Below are positions 45,087 to 54,305 of a DNA stretch of 64,000 bases, in pieces (position 1 is the first letter of the stretch; the number at the start of each line of letters is the position of its first letter). The notes under the pieces were generated by a model, which worked only from the letters and a program-made list of their open reading frames with translations, made no database searches and was not told the DNA's origin. The translations under genes and the position numbers were made by a program. This DNA is from an uncultured Verrucomicrobiota bacterium (GTDB lineage Bacteria; Verrucomicrobiota; Verrucomicrobiia; Limisphaerales; UBA9464). The stretch spans positions 25,551 through 89,550 of the forward strand of contig CAIJLV010000150.1 of NCBI GenBank assembly GCA_903821635.1. The letters run 5' to 3'.

Positions 45087-45920
45087 TCACTCGCCGGTTT
45101 TCAGGGGCTGATACGCGACCGTCGAGCCCACCGGCACCGGCTTCCAGTCCGAGTCGAGGTTCATCGTGGTCTCGGCCGTCCCCAAAAACAGATGGCCGTG
45201 GGGCAACAGGCAACCGCGCATTCGCCGGAGGATCGAGCGCTTGGTCTCGACGTCGAAATAGATCATCACGTTGCGGAGAAAGACTAAGTCGAAACCGGGC
45301 ATAATCGGCCACGGTTGGATTAAGTTCATGGGCTTGAATTCGACGATTTTTCGGATGTCTTCCTTGATGAACCAGTGCGCCTCACGTTTCTCGAAATACT
45401 TGATCAACAGCGGCGCCGGCAGCCCCCGATTCACCTCCAATTGCGTGTAGCGGCCAGCCTGGGCCTGAGCCAAGACCGTGGCGGACAAGTCGGTCGCCAA
45501 AATCTTCAATGTCCAGTCGCGCAATTGCGGAAACGAATCCCGAAGCAACATCGCCAAGCTGTAAGGCTCCTGCCCGGTCGAGCAGGCCCCCGACCAGATC
45601 GTGAGGCGCTTCACCGAGGCGCGCTGTTCGATCAATTGGGGTATGACGTGCTTGCGCACCGCTTCGAACGGGTGGAAGTCGCGAAAAAAGAAGGTCTCAT
45701 TGGTCGTCAACGCATCCACCACCCGGGCGTGGAGGCTGCCGAACGTGCGCTCCGCACGCAGCCGACCGATCAACTCCCCGAGCGTAGCCAACCCCTCCTG
45801 CCGGGCGATTGGACCCAACCGGGTCTCGACCAGGTATTCCTTGCCCCGCTCCAGCACGATTGCCGCGTTAGACCGCGCCAAGTCAGCCACGTAAGCGAAT
45901 TCTTCCGGTTTTAATGCCAT
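45087..45920 (-). CDS. cheR: Chemotaxis protein methyltransferase
   Basis: 'TNETFFFRDFHPFE' and 'IWSGACSTGQEPYSLAMLL' (SAM-binding) match, and the length (277 aa) fits. Confidence 0.9.
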   Translation of the reverse strand: MALKPEEFAYVADLARSNAAIVLERGKEYLVETRLGPIARQEGLATLGELIGRLRAERTFGSLHARVVDALTTNETFFFRDFHPFEAVRKHVIPQLIEQRASVKRLTIWSGACSTGQEPYSLAMLLRDSFPQLRDWTLKILATDLSATVLAQAQAGRYTQLEVNRGLPAPLLIKYFEKREAHWFIKEDIRKIVEFKPMNLIQPWPIMPGFDLVFLRNVMIYFDVETKRSILRRMRGCLLPHGHLFLGTAETTMNLDSDWKPVPVGSTVAYQPLKTGE

Positions 45921-45938
45921 GATTTTGGGTTGGTTGCC

Positions 45939-47018
45939 TCAGCCCGCCCGGGCCCGTAACCGTCGTGAAATTTCACCGCTTAATTCGGTCAACGGCAGGA
46001 CCGCTTCCGCCAAACCGGCATTGGCGACATGCCCCGGCATTCCCCAGACGACCGAGGAAGCTTCGTCTTGGGCCAAGATCCGACCGCCCCGTTCCCGGAT
46101 CACTTCCGAACCACGCAACCCGTCTTGGCCCATGCCGGTCAAAACCACCGCCAAGACGCTCGGCCCCATCAAGGTCGCGGCGCTGCGAAACAGCACGTCC
46201 ACGGCGGGGCGACAGGAATTCTCGGGGGGGCCGTCGTGCAAGCGGGCCACCAGTTTGTTGGCTTCCCGCGCCAACTCCAGATGCCGGCCGCCGGGGGCGA
46301 GGTAAACGTGGCCGGATTCGATCAACTGACCGGCCTCGGCTTCGTGACAGGGCAAACCGGAAACCTTGCCCAAGCGCTCGGCCAAGATCCGAGTGAACAC
46401 CGGCGGCATGTGTTGCACGATGAGCACCGGCACGGGCAACGGTTTGGCGAGGCCCGAAAACAGGTCGGCCAGCGCGTTGGGCCCCCCGGTCGACGACCCC
46501 ACGCACAGGAGTCCCACTTGCTGCGGGCCGGGCGGGCGCGGGGGCACCGTAACCGGAGTGGCGGGCCGTTCTAAACGCCGGACCACCAACGGGGTTTCAA
46601 AAGGAATTACATGGCGGCAATGCGCCTTGATCCGGGGAATCAATTCCCGTTCCAGCCGGCTAATGCTCTCACTGATGCTCCCGACATTGGCGGGCTTGGT
46701 AACGTAGTCGGTCGCCCCGGCGGTCAGGGCGTCTAGGGTCGTTTCCGCCCCCCGTTGGGTCAGAGTGGAAAACATGATCACCGGCAGGCGGGGATACTGT
46801 TTGCGAATTTCCCGAACGGTCGCCACGCCGTCCATTTCCGGCATCTCCACGTCCAGCGTGATCACGTCCGGATTCACCTGGCTGATTTTTTGAAGGGCGA
46901 TGCTGCCGTTGGCGGCCACACCAGCCACTTCCAACCCGGGATCACCAGCGATCACTTCGGAGATCAGCCGCCGCATCACCACCGCATCATCGACAATCAA
47001 AACTCTAATTTTAGACAT
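45939..47018 (-). CDS. cheB: Chemotaxis response regulator protein-glutamate methylesterase
   Basis: Receiver domain 'MSKIRVLIVDDAVVMRR...DVITLDVEMPEMDG' plus the esterase domain 'CVGSSTGGPNAL', 'VQHMPPVFT' and 'LTGMGQDG'. I chose the ATG at 47018. Confidence 0.9.
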   Translation of the reverse strand: MSKIRVLIVDDAVVMRRLISEVIAGDPGLEVAGVAANGSIALQKISQVNPDVITLDVEMPEMDGVATVREIRKQYPRLPVIMFSTLTQRGAETTLDALTAGATDYVTKPANVGSISESISRLERELIPRIKAHCRHVIPFETPLVVRRLERPATPVTVPPRPPGPQQVGLLCVGSSTGGPNALADLFSGLAKPLPVPVLIVQHMPPVFTRILAERLGKVSGLPCHEAEAGQLIESGHVYLAPGGRHLELAREANKLVARLHDGPPENSCRPAVDVLFRSAATLMGPSVLAVVLTGMGQDGLRGSEVIRERGGRILAQDEASSVVWGMPGHVANAGLAEAVLPLTELSGEISRRLRARAG

Positions 47019-47038
47019 GGGTGGGGTCCTCTCAAGCG

Positions 47039-47407
47039 TTACTCGGCCATGCCCAGCACTCGTAGTTTGTCGAACAGCATTTCTTCGGTGAGCGGCTTCA
47101 TCAGATAGTCGTCCGCTCCCGCCTCGATGGCTTGGGACACTGTATCGAAACCGTTCTGGGCCGTGACCATCATGAGTTTCATATCGGCATAACGGGAATC
47201 GGCCCGAACTGTTTTCACGAAATCTAGGCCATTCATTATGGGCATGTCCCAATCCACCAGCGCCAGATCGAAGGGCGCTTCTTGGCCCAAGACGGTGAGG
47301 GCGGCCTGGCCGTCGCCAGCTTCCGCGATGTTTTCAGTCAGGGGCGCTAGAAAGGATGACAGCAGGCGCCGCATGGTTCGCGAATCGTCGATAATTAAGA
47401 TTTTCAT
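47039..47407 (-). CDS. cheY: Chemotaxis response regulator CheY
   Basis: 122-aa single receiver: 'MKILIIDDSRTMRR', 'ALVDWDMPIMNG', 'MMVTAQ' and 'DYLMKP'. Confidence 0.85.
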   Translation of the reverse strand: MKILIIDDSRTMRRLLSSFLAPLTENIAEAGDGQAALTVLGQEAPFDLALVDWDMPIMNGLDFVKTVRADSRYADMKLMMVTAQNGFDTVSQAIEAGADDYLMKPLTEEMLFDKLRVLGMAE

Positions 47408-47571
47408 GCTTCAGTAGGTTTCGGCGGACACTTCAGAAAATGGCGCCCACTTTGCGTTCCTTCGCGCCAACGCCCGCCCACCCACCGCCCACTGACCAAG
47501 ACCCGTTGCAGGGCCCCGGCGCTGGGGCGGCGGCGTGCGGAACGTGAGGGGACCAACAGCTGGGTCCAGAC

Positions 47572-49653
47572 TCAGCGGGTTCTTGCATGTTCGACCACCT
47601 GCTGGAGCTCGGAAGCCAGTTTCGCCAGCTCCGCCGAGGCGGTCAGCGTGTTGGCCGCCCCTTCCGAGGTGCTCTTGGCCGCTTGCGAGACGCTGGAGAT
47701 GTTACGGGCGATCTCGTCGCTGCCGCGCGCGGCTTCAGACGCATTGCGCGCAATCTCGTTGGTCGTCGCGGTTTGTTCTTCGACCGCACTGGCGATCGTG
47801 TTCTGGATGTCGTTGATCTGGTTGATGATCTGGCTGATCTGTTCGATCGCGCCGACGGCACTCCGGGTGTCGGTTTGGATCGCCTCGATTTTGCCGCTGA
47901 TGTCCTCGGTAGCGGCCGCAGTCTGTTTGGCCAACTCCTTGACCTCGTTGGCCACGACCGCGAAGCCCTTACCAGCCTCGCCCGCTCGGGCCGCTTCGAT
48001 CGTCGCATTCAAGGCCAGCAGATTCGTCTGCTGCGCGATGGAAGTGATGACTTTGATGACTTTACCAATCTCAGTGCTGCTCTCGCCGAGTTTGGCGACC
48101 GTCTTATTGGTCGTCTGGGCGACCAGCACGGCGTCGCTGGCCACGCGGGCGGCTTGGGAGGCGTTCTTGGCAATTTCTTTGACGCTCGCGCTCATCTCTT
48201 CGGCGCTGGTCGCCACGGTGGACACGTTCCGGCTGATCTGTTCGGACGCAGCGGCTGCGACTCCCGCTTGGGCGGTGGTCTCTTCCGAATTTGAACTCAA
48301 CTGCTGCGAAGTAGCGGAAAGTTCTTCCGCCGCCGAGGCCAGCGTCTGCGCGTTTCTGGCCACCTGATCCACCGTGGTGATGAGGCCCGCCTCAGCCACT
48401 TTTCGGCCGGTGATGTCGGAGGCGAATTTTACCACCTTGTGAACCCGGCCGGCCGAATCAAAGACCGGATTGTAAGTGGCTTGCAGCCAAACCGCTTTGC
48501 CGCCCTTGCCCACGCGTTGGTATTCTGCGGTCTGGAATTTGCCTTCGTTGAGGTCGCGCCAGAACTGCTGGTATTCCGCCGTGCCGCGATAAACTGGATC
48601 CACAAAAGTGGAGTGATGCCGGCCGCGGATCTCGTCTTGCGTATATCCCATGACGTTCAAGAAGTTCTGGTTAGCGGTCACTACCGTGCCATCCGCCAAG
48701 AACTCAATGACCGCCTGCGTGCGGTTGCTCTCCGCGATCTGGCGCGCCTTGTTATCGGCGTCCACCTTCTGGGCTGTCACGTCAGTGGCGATTTTTATCA
48801 CCTTGGTCACCCGCCCCATTTCATCTTTGACGGGTGCATAGACTGCCTGAATCCAGACTTCGCGACCGTCTTTGGCAACGCGCTTGAACATGTCGGATTG
48901 GGATACCCCCGCATTGAGGTCAGCCCAGAACTGGATGTATTCCGCAGTGCGGGCAAAGGCCGGATCCACGAACAGGCGATGGTGTTTACCCACCACTTCT
49001 TCGAGGGCATAACCCAAGGTTGCCAGGAAGTTCTTGTTCGCGTTGGTCACCACGCCCTTGGGGTCGAACTCGACGAAGGCATAGGCGCTGTCGATGGCGG
49101 CCAAAATCCCCCGGCTATTCTGCCGTTCGATTTCCGCCGCCGTAATGTCATAGCGCACCCCTATGTATTTGCGGGGCTTGCCATTCTCGCCGAGCACCGG
49201 CGCGATGACGGCATCGACGTAGTAGGGGCTGCCATCCTTCTTCCGATTCTTGATGATTCCGCGAAAGGGTTTGCCCTTGCCGATAGTCGCCCAGAGTTCA
49301 CGGAACACTTCCTTGGCCATGTCGGGATGGCGGGTCGTGTTATGGGGCCGGCCAATCAGCTCATCGCGCCCGTATTGGGAGACCTCGATGAACTTATCGT
49401 TGATGGACAGGATGTCCCCCTTGAGATCGGACTCTGAGACAATGCTCGTCATGTTGGTGATCTCAGCCCGAACCTTTAGCTCGATGAGCTCTTCGGCTTG
49501 GGCGGCCAACTGGGCCCGGGCACTGGCCAGTTCCTCGGAAAGGTCTACCGCGGGCGCCGCGCCGTTTTGTTTTTGGCGGTGGGGCCGACTCGTAGAGGGG
49601 GCGTGGGCAGAAGCTTTGAGGGCCACGTTACTTGGAGGCAGTAAGGTTTTCAT
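47572..49653 (-). CDS. Soluble methyl-accepting chemotaxis protein with multiple N-terminal PAS domains
   Basis: At least three PAS-like units ('[27 protein letters not shown]', '[26 protein letters not shown]', '[26 protein letters not shown]'). MCP tip '[34 protein letters not shown]'. The ATG at 49653 avoids overlap with cheW. Confidence 0.85.
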   Translation of the reverse strand: MKTLLPPSNVALKASAHAPSTSRPHRQKQNGAAPAVDLSEELASARAQLAAQAEELIELKVRAEITNMTSIVSESDLKGDILSINDKFIEVSQYGRDELIGRPHNTTRHPDMAKEVFRELWATIGKGKPFRGIIKNRKKDGSPYYVDAVIAPVLGENGKPRKYIGVRYDITAAEIERQNSRGILAAIDSAYAFVEFDPKGVVTNANKNFLATLGYALEEVVGKHHRLFVDPAFARTAEYIQFWADLNAGVSQSDMFKRVAKDGREVWIQAVYAPVKDEMGRVTKVIKIATDVTAQKVDADNKARQIAESNRTQAVIEFLADGTVVTANQNFLNVMGYTQDEIRGRHHSTFVDPVYRGTAEYQQFWRDLNEGKFQTAEYQRVGKGGKAVWLQATYNPVFDSAGRVHKVVKFASDITGRKVAEAGLITTVDQVARNAQTLASAAEELSATSQQLSSNSEETTAQAGVAAAASEQISRNVSTVATSAEEMSASVKEIAKNASQAARVASDAVLVAQTTNKTVAKLGESSTEIGKVIKVITSIAQQTNLLALNATIEAARAGEAGKGFAVVANEVKELAKQTAAATEDISGKIEAIQTDTRSAVGAIEQISQIINQINDIQNTIASAVEEQTATTNEIARNASEAARGSDEIARNISSVSQAAKSTSEGAANTLTASAELAKLASELQQVVEHARTR

Positions 49654-49711
49654 GCAGTTATTTGAGCTCTGGTAGTTAGTGGATTCTTGGAAAATTTTCG
49701 GGCGGGCCGTT

Positions 49712-50155
49712 TCAGCAGACGCGTTCAACAGTGGCGGGCTGACACGTGATTTCTTCAACTTCGAGGGCGATGAGGATGTGCTCCTTCAGGCGGTAAACCC
49801 CGGTGACCATTTCACGCACCAAGCTCGAAATGGTTCCTGGAGCCGGCTCCAGCGTGCTGTCGTCCACCTCGATCACATCGCCAACCCCATCCACGAGCAG
49901 GCAGAAGGCGCCGTCCCCCGTGCGAATGACGATGATGACGGGGTCATTCCCGGTCGCGAGCGGGGGGAGTTCGATTCGCTGCCGAAAATCGATGGCCGTG
50001 ACGATCTGACCTCGGAGATTGATGAGCCCGCGCACCGTCTTGTGCGACAGGGGCACCCGGGTCATTCGTTGGTGCCGGATGACTTCTTGAACGTTCAGGA
50101 CGGGCACTCCAAACAGGAAGTCAGCCACATGAAAGGTGCAGAACTGGTGAGTCAT
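49712..50155 (-). CDS. cheW: Chemotaxis coupling protein CheW
   Basis: 147 aa; '[19 protein letters not shown]', '[18 protein letters not shown]' and '[12 protein letters not shown]'. Confidence 0.85.
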   Translation of the reverse strand: MTHQFCTFHVADFLFGVPVLNVQEVIRHQRMTRVPLSHKTVRGLINLRGQIVTAIDFRQRIELPPLATGNDPVIIVIRTGDGAFCLLVDGVGDVIEVDDSTLEPAPGTISSLVREMVTGVYRLKEHILIALEVEEITCQPATVERVC

Positions 50156-50175
50156 GGAAGCGATTCGGTTGAGGG

Positions 50176-52548
50176 CTAGAGTGAAGGGGCAACTGTGAAG
50201 AAGGCCGGGGCCGCGCGGCGGATAACACCGCGGACATCCAGGAGGTCGGTCACCTGCCCCTGCACCAGGGCTGAACCCAAGATGCCCTCCTCCAGTCCGT
50301 GCCGTTCTACCACCACCTTTTCCTCCACAATGTCGATGATCCGGTCCACGACCAGACCGACGCTGCGACCCTGATCGGAATAGACGACTACCTGCAGGAC
50401 GTCCGGACTGACGATTCCGGGACCCCGGCCCAACTGGTTGGCGACATCGATGAGCGGGAGAATGGCTCCGCGATACTGGACCGCTTCCCGGCGACCGCTG
50501 CGTTCGATCTTGCCCCGGGGGAATTCTTCCAACCGGGCCGCCTCGGAAAGGGGCATGGCGAAGCGGGAGTTTTCGCCGGCATCGAAGACCAGCAGCGTCT
50601 GCCGGTTCCCCTCGTCCGTCGTTTCTGCGGCGGCCGTAGACGTGTTGGTCCCTGCCCGGTTTTCCGCGAGCACCGCGGCGTGTTGGCCGATTCCGAGGAC
50701 ATCGAGAATCAGCGCAACGCAGCCGTCGCCCATGATGGTCGCCCCGGCAAAACAGGTCAGCCCCTTGAGTTGTTTCCCCAGGGGTTTGACCACGATTTCC
50801 TGCGTGTCGTTGACCGCATCCACGACCATGCCGAACTGCCGCCCGTCGGCCTGCAAAACCACCAAGTTTCTGACGTCGTCCGCACTGGTCATTTCTGAGG
50901 TGCCGCCCAATTCGAGCGTGCGGTTGAGATAGACCAGCGGCAGCAACTTGCCCCGTAGCCGAAAGACGGGGGCATTGAAGACCGTTTCGATGCCGTTCTT
51001 GCCGTCCGGCCCTTCGATGCGAACGAGCTCAAGCAAACTCACTTGGGGAATCGCAAAACGCTCGCCGCCGCTCGTAATGATCAGCGCCGGAATGATGGCC
51101 AGCGTCAGGGGGATCTTAAACTTGATCGTGGTTCCCTGCCCCAGCTCACTGTGGATGTCCACCGAGCCGCCGATGCGTTCGACGTTGGTCTTCACCACGT
51201 CCATCCCGACACCGCGACCGGACACATTGGTCACCTTGGCGGCGGTGGAGAGTCCGGGCAGAAAGATCAGGCTGACGGCCTCGCGATCGCTGAGCCGGGC
51301 CGCCATATCAGGCGTAATTAACCCCTTTTCCAGGGCCTTTTGTTTGACCCGCTCGGGGTTGATGCCCGCGCCATCGTCGGCGATCTCGATGTTGACCTGG
51401 CCGCCCTCATGGTAGGCGCGAATGAAGAGCAGGCCCGTGGGTGATTTGCCCGCCTGCGTGCGGAGGTCCGGCATTTCGATGCCGTGATCGATTGAGTTGC
51501 GGACGACGTGGGTGAGCGGGTCCTTGATCGCCTCGATGATGGTGCGATCCAGTTCGGTTTCCCGCCCCGCCATTTCCAACCGCACCTGCTTGCCAAGTTC
51601 GTTCGCCACGTCGCGAACGATCCGCGGGAAACGCGTCAAAACGCTGTCGATCGCCTGCATCCGCGTCTTCATCACGCCTTCCTGCAACTCGCTGGTGATG
51701 TGATTGAGCCGCTGGGCCACGGCCTGAAGTCCGGCGTCCCGGGAAGTCACCAAGTGCTGGGCGATTTGGTTGCGCGCCAAAACCAGTTCGCCAACGAGAT
51801 TCATCAGTCGATCCAACTGCGCGACATCCACGCGGATCGCCGTCTCCGCCACCGACGTCTTGGCCCCCGCATCGGCGACCGGAACTGGGGCGCTTGGAAC
51901 TGACACCTTGGGCAGCGCCTTGACGGCCGCTACGACAGCGGCAGCCGGCACCGCGGGAGCAGGCGTCACACTGAGGGGCACAGCGGGAGTCGGAGTCGGA
52001 GTCGGAGTCGGAGTCGGGGCGCTATCGTCAAACAATCCCCAGCCGTTTTCGGCGGCGACCTCCTCGTCCAACACCACCGGAGCACCCACCGGCGCCATTT
52101 CGACCGGCGCAATTTCGGCCGGCGCGGCTTCGGCCGGAGCCGCCGCTTCGGGCGTTTGCAGATCGCGCAGCAATTGGAGCACTTCGGAATAATCGCGGTC
52201 GCCTTCAGAGCGGGTCGTTTCCAGCAAGTGCAGCATCTCGCGCAACACGTCAGCGTAACGCAGGAGCGCCGAAATGATCGCCCGGGTGACCGTTAGTTTA
52301 TGCTCCCGCACCAGACTCAGGAGGTTTTCCCCCACGTGCGCCACGCGCTCGATCTTCTGGAGGCCAAGACAACCCGCGGTGCCCTTGATCGTGTGGATGA
52401 CGCGAAACATCCGGTTCAGGATATCCGGCCCGCCGGTGCCGGCTTCCAGCGCCAAGAGGTCACGGTCGAAACTGTCCAGCCCCTCGAAACTTTCGATGAG
52501 CAGGTCCTTGATCAATTGTTCGTGGAGGTCGGTTTTCATCGGGTTCAA
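50176..52548 (-). CDS. cheA: Chemotaxis histidine kinase CheA
   Basis: Hpt 'FRVIHTIKGTAGCLGL'. A Pro/Ala/Thr-rich linker. Dimerisation and HATPase regions ('HVVRNSIDHGIE','DDGAGI','GRGVGMDVV'). A C-terminal CheW-like domain. Confidence 0.9.
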   Translation of the reverse strand: MNPMKTDLHEQLIKDLLIESFEGLDSFDRDLLALEAGTGGPDILNRMFRVIHTIKGTAGCLGLQKIERVAHVGENLLSLVREHKLTVTRAIISALLRYADVLREMLHLLETTRSEGDRDYSEVLQLLRDLQTPEAAAPAEAAPAEIAPVEMAPVGAPVVLDEEVAAENGWGLFDDSAPTPTPTPTPTPAVPLSVTPAPAVPAAAVVAAVKALPKVSVPSAPVPVADAGAKTSVAETAIRVDVAQLDRLMNLVGELVLARNQIAQHLVTSRDAGLQAVAQRLNHITSELQEGVMKTRMQAIDSVLTRFPRIVRDVANELGKQVRLEMAGRETELDRTIIEAIKDPLTHVVRNSIDHGIEMPDLRTQAGKSPTGLLFIRAYHEGGQVNIEIADDGAGINPERVKQKALEKGLITPDMAARLSDREAVSLIFLPGLSTAAKVTNVSGRGVGMDVVKTNVERIGGSVDIHSELGQGTTIKFKIPLTLAIIPALIITSGGERFAIPQVSLLELVRIEGPDGKNGIETVFNAPVFRLRGKLLPLVYLNRTLELGGTSEMTSADDVRNLVVLQADGRQFGMVVDAVNDTQEIVVKPLGKQLKGLTCFAGATIMGDGCVALILDVLGIGQHAAVLAENRAGTNTSTAAAETTDEGNRQTLLVFDAGENSRFAMPLSEAARLEEFPRGKIERSGRREAVQYRGAILPLIDVANQLGRGPGIVSPDVLQVVVYSDQGRSVGLVVDRIIDIVEEKVVVERHGLEEGILGSALVQGQVTDLLDVRGVIRRAAPAFFTVAPSL
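51987..52016. repeat. (GAGTCG)x5 hexanucleotide microsatellite inside the cheA linker; encodes (Pro-Thr)5
   Basis: Five perfect tandem copies read directly. They correspond to 'PTPTPTPTPT' in the CheA P1-P2 linker. Confidence 0.8.
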
Positions 52549-53690
52549 AAGGTCGAGTCAGACGCCGGCTGGGTTGGCAGGGAGGAGGCGGATTCACCTC
52601 GCACTCCGCCATGGGGGAGGGTGAAAAAAAACGTGGCGCCTTGATTGACCGCGGATTCAGCCCAGATCCGGCCGCCGTGGCGTTCGACGATGCGTTTCAC
52701 GATCGTCAAACCGATGCCGGTGCCGCTGAATTCCGCTGGGGAGTGGAACCGCTGGAAGGCCCCAAACAAACGGGCCGCCTTGTCCATGGCAAAGCCGGCG
52801 CCGTTATCGCGCACAAAATACCGGGTGGCGTCAGCGGTTCCACTACACCCGAACTCGATGCGGGCCGGATGGCAGCGGGAACTGAATTTCCACGCGTTGC
52901 GCAGCAGGTTTTCGAGCGCCAAGCGCAGCAGGCCCGCGTCCCCTTTGACGCGCAGTCCGGGACTGAGACACCAGTCGACCCGGCGCCGGTCGGAGTTCCA
53001 CTGCAAGTCGGTGGCGATCTGCGTCACTAGGTCGGTGAGGTCCACTTCGTCTTGTCGTAGCGGGCTCAAGGCGGCCCGCGACAGTTTCAGGAGATCGTCG
53101 ATGATATTCCGGGCGTGGGCGGAGGCCTGGGAAATTTCCGCGAGATGCGGCAGCACCTCTTGCGGACACCCAGCCTTCAAATCCAACAGGGCGATTTCCG
53201 TCAGCGATTCGATGGCGCCCAAGGGCGTTTTGAGGTCGTGGGCGACCATGCGGCTGAACGCCTCCAACTCCTGGTTGCTTTGTTCCAAGTCCCGCACGCG
53301 CCCGGCCAGCGAGCGTTGCAGTCCGACCATGCGTTCGCCGATCTGCACCCGCGCCAAGAGCGCCTCCTCATCGAACGGCTTGGTCACATAGTCGTCCGCC
53401 CCGGACTTCAACCCGCGAATGATCTCGTTCCGCCCTGAGTGCACCGTGAGCAGCATGAGATAGGGGGGCTGGGTGGTCGGTTGAGTCCGCAGTTCCCGGC
53501 ACACGTCCACGCCCTCCATTCCTGGCATGTGCCAATCAATGATCGCCATGCCCGGGGCATTCGGCGCGAGCATCATCGCCAGCGCGTCAGTGCCATTGGG
53601 GGCCTCCACCACGTGGTGTCCCTCAGCTTCGAGCAGAGCCCGCAACATCGTGCGAATGGGCTTGCTGTCGTCGGCCACGAGAATGTTCAT
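52545..53690 (-). CDS. Hybrid receiver-histidine kinase (REC + HisKA + HATPase_c)
   Basis: 'MNILVADDSKPIRTML...AIIDWHMPGMEG...DYVTKPF', then the H-box 'FSRMVAHDLKTPL', N-box 'LLRNAWKFS' and G-boxes 'DNGAGF' and 'GTGIGLTIV'. The ATG at 53690 is internal to the 517-aa track ORF. Its stop overlaps the cheA start. Confidence 0.85.
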   Translation of the reverse strand: MNILVADDSKPIRTMLRALLEAEGHHVVEAPNGTDALAMMLAPNAPGMAIIDWHMPGMEGVDVCRELRTQPTTQPPYLMLLTVHSGRNEIIRGLKSGADDYVTKPFDEEALLARVQIGERMVGLQRSLAGRVRDLEQSNQELEAFSRMVAHDLKTPLGAIESLTEIALLDLKAGCPQEVLPHLAEISQASAHARNIIDDLLKLSRAALSPLRQDEVDLTDLVTQIATDLQWNSDRRRVDWCLSPGLRVKGDAGLLRLALENLLRNAWKFSSRCHPARIEFGCSGTADATRYFVRDNGAGFAMDKAARLFGAFQRFHSPAEFSGTGIGLTIVKRIVERHGGRIWAESAVNQGATFFFTLPHGGVRGESASSLPTQPASDSTF

Positions 53691-53728
53691 GCGAGGCAGA
53701 TGGAAGCGGGGTGGGAAGAGGCGGAACC

Positions 53729-54098
53729 TCAGGCGGGCAAAACCTTGGCCACCACCGCGACGAGTTGTTCCGGCTGAAAAGGCTTCACGATCCAACCTGT
53801 GGCGCCGGCCGCCCGTCCCTTGCTCTTCATTTCGGGATCGGATTCGGTGGTCAGCAGGATGATCGGCACCCGACTGTAGGCCGGCAGCGCCCGGAGCTCC
53901 CGGGGTGAGATCGAGGCCATTCATGTTGGGCATGTTGACATCGGTGATGATCAGATCCATGGGCCGACTGCGGGCCATCTGCAACGCCACCACCCCATCG
54001 GGCGCCTCGACCACCGTGTGCCCCGTCGCTTTCAGGGCGAACACGATCATCCGCCGCATCGTGGTCGCATCGTCTACCGTCATGATCGTCTTACTCAT
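53729..54098 (-). pseudogene. CheY-like single-domain response regulator carrying a 1-nt frameshift
   Basis: 'MSKTIMTVDDATTMRRM...DLIITDVNMPNMNGLDLT' (frame a) continues as 'RELRALPAYSRVPIILLTTESDPEMKSKGRAAGATGWIVKPFQPEQLVAVVAKVLPA' (frame b, track ORF 53729..53920). The junction is the G4/C4 run at 53902-53905. Confidence 0.75.
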
Positions 54099-54193
54099 GG
54101 AAATGGGGGGAGCTTCCGAATTGGCTTAAGTCCGGCTACAGCGCCTTTTCCACGGAAACCAAGGCGATCTCACCGGCATTGAGGATTACTTTT

Positions 54194-54219
54194 ACATCGG
54201 TTGGTGCGCTCAAAACTAA
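54194..54219 (-). promoter_or_regulatory. Sigma-28-type promoter candidate upstream of the che operon
   Basis: The minus strand reads TTAG-N15-CCGATGT, about 95 nt upstream of the ATG at 54098. Confidence 0.45.
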
Positions 54220-54305
54220 ACTGCTATTCGGGGCGAACTTTGCGCTCTGACTGAAACTTTGAAGCGACCGAGGCATGAATTCCCGCTCGACGCGCCCGCG
54301 GCGGG

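Noticed and set aside
47408-47571. Sigma-28 promoter upstream of cheY (GCCGAAAC 12 nt before the ATG at 47407)
   Set aside because: Only the -10-like octamer is present. The position 15 nt upstream reads GCCA rather than xAAG/TAAA, and the element is too close to the start codon.
18715-52016. CRISPR array or other long repeat arrays
   Set aside because: The only short tandem repeats are 9 bp x3 (18715-18741) and 6 bp x5 (51987-52016). No repeat-spacer architecture occurs anywhere in the window.
52545-54098. Single 517-aa ORF as one gene
   Set aside because: It is a composite. The N-terminal half of a frameshifted CheY runs through out-of-frame junk ('TPGAPGAAGLQSGADHPADHRIRSRNEEQGTGGRRHRLD...') into a separate REC-histidine kinase gene that has its own ATG at 53690.
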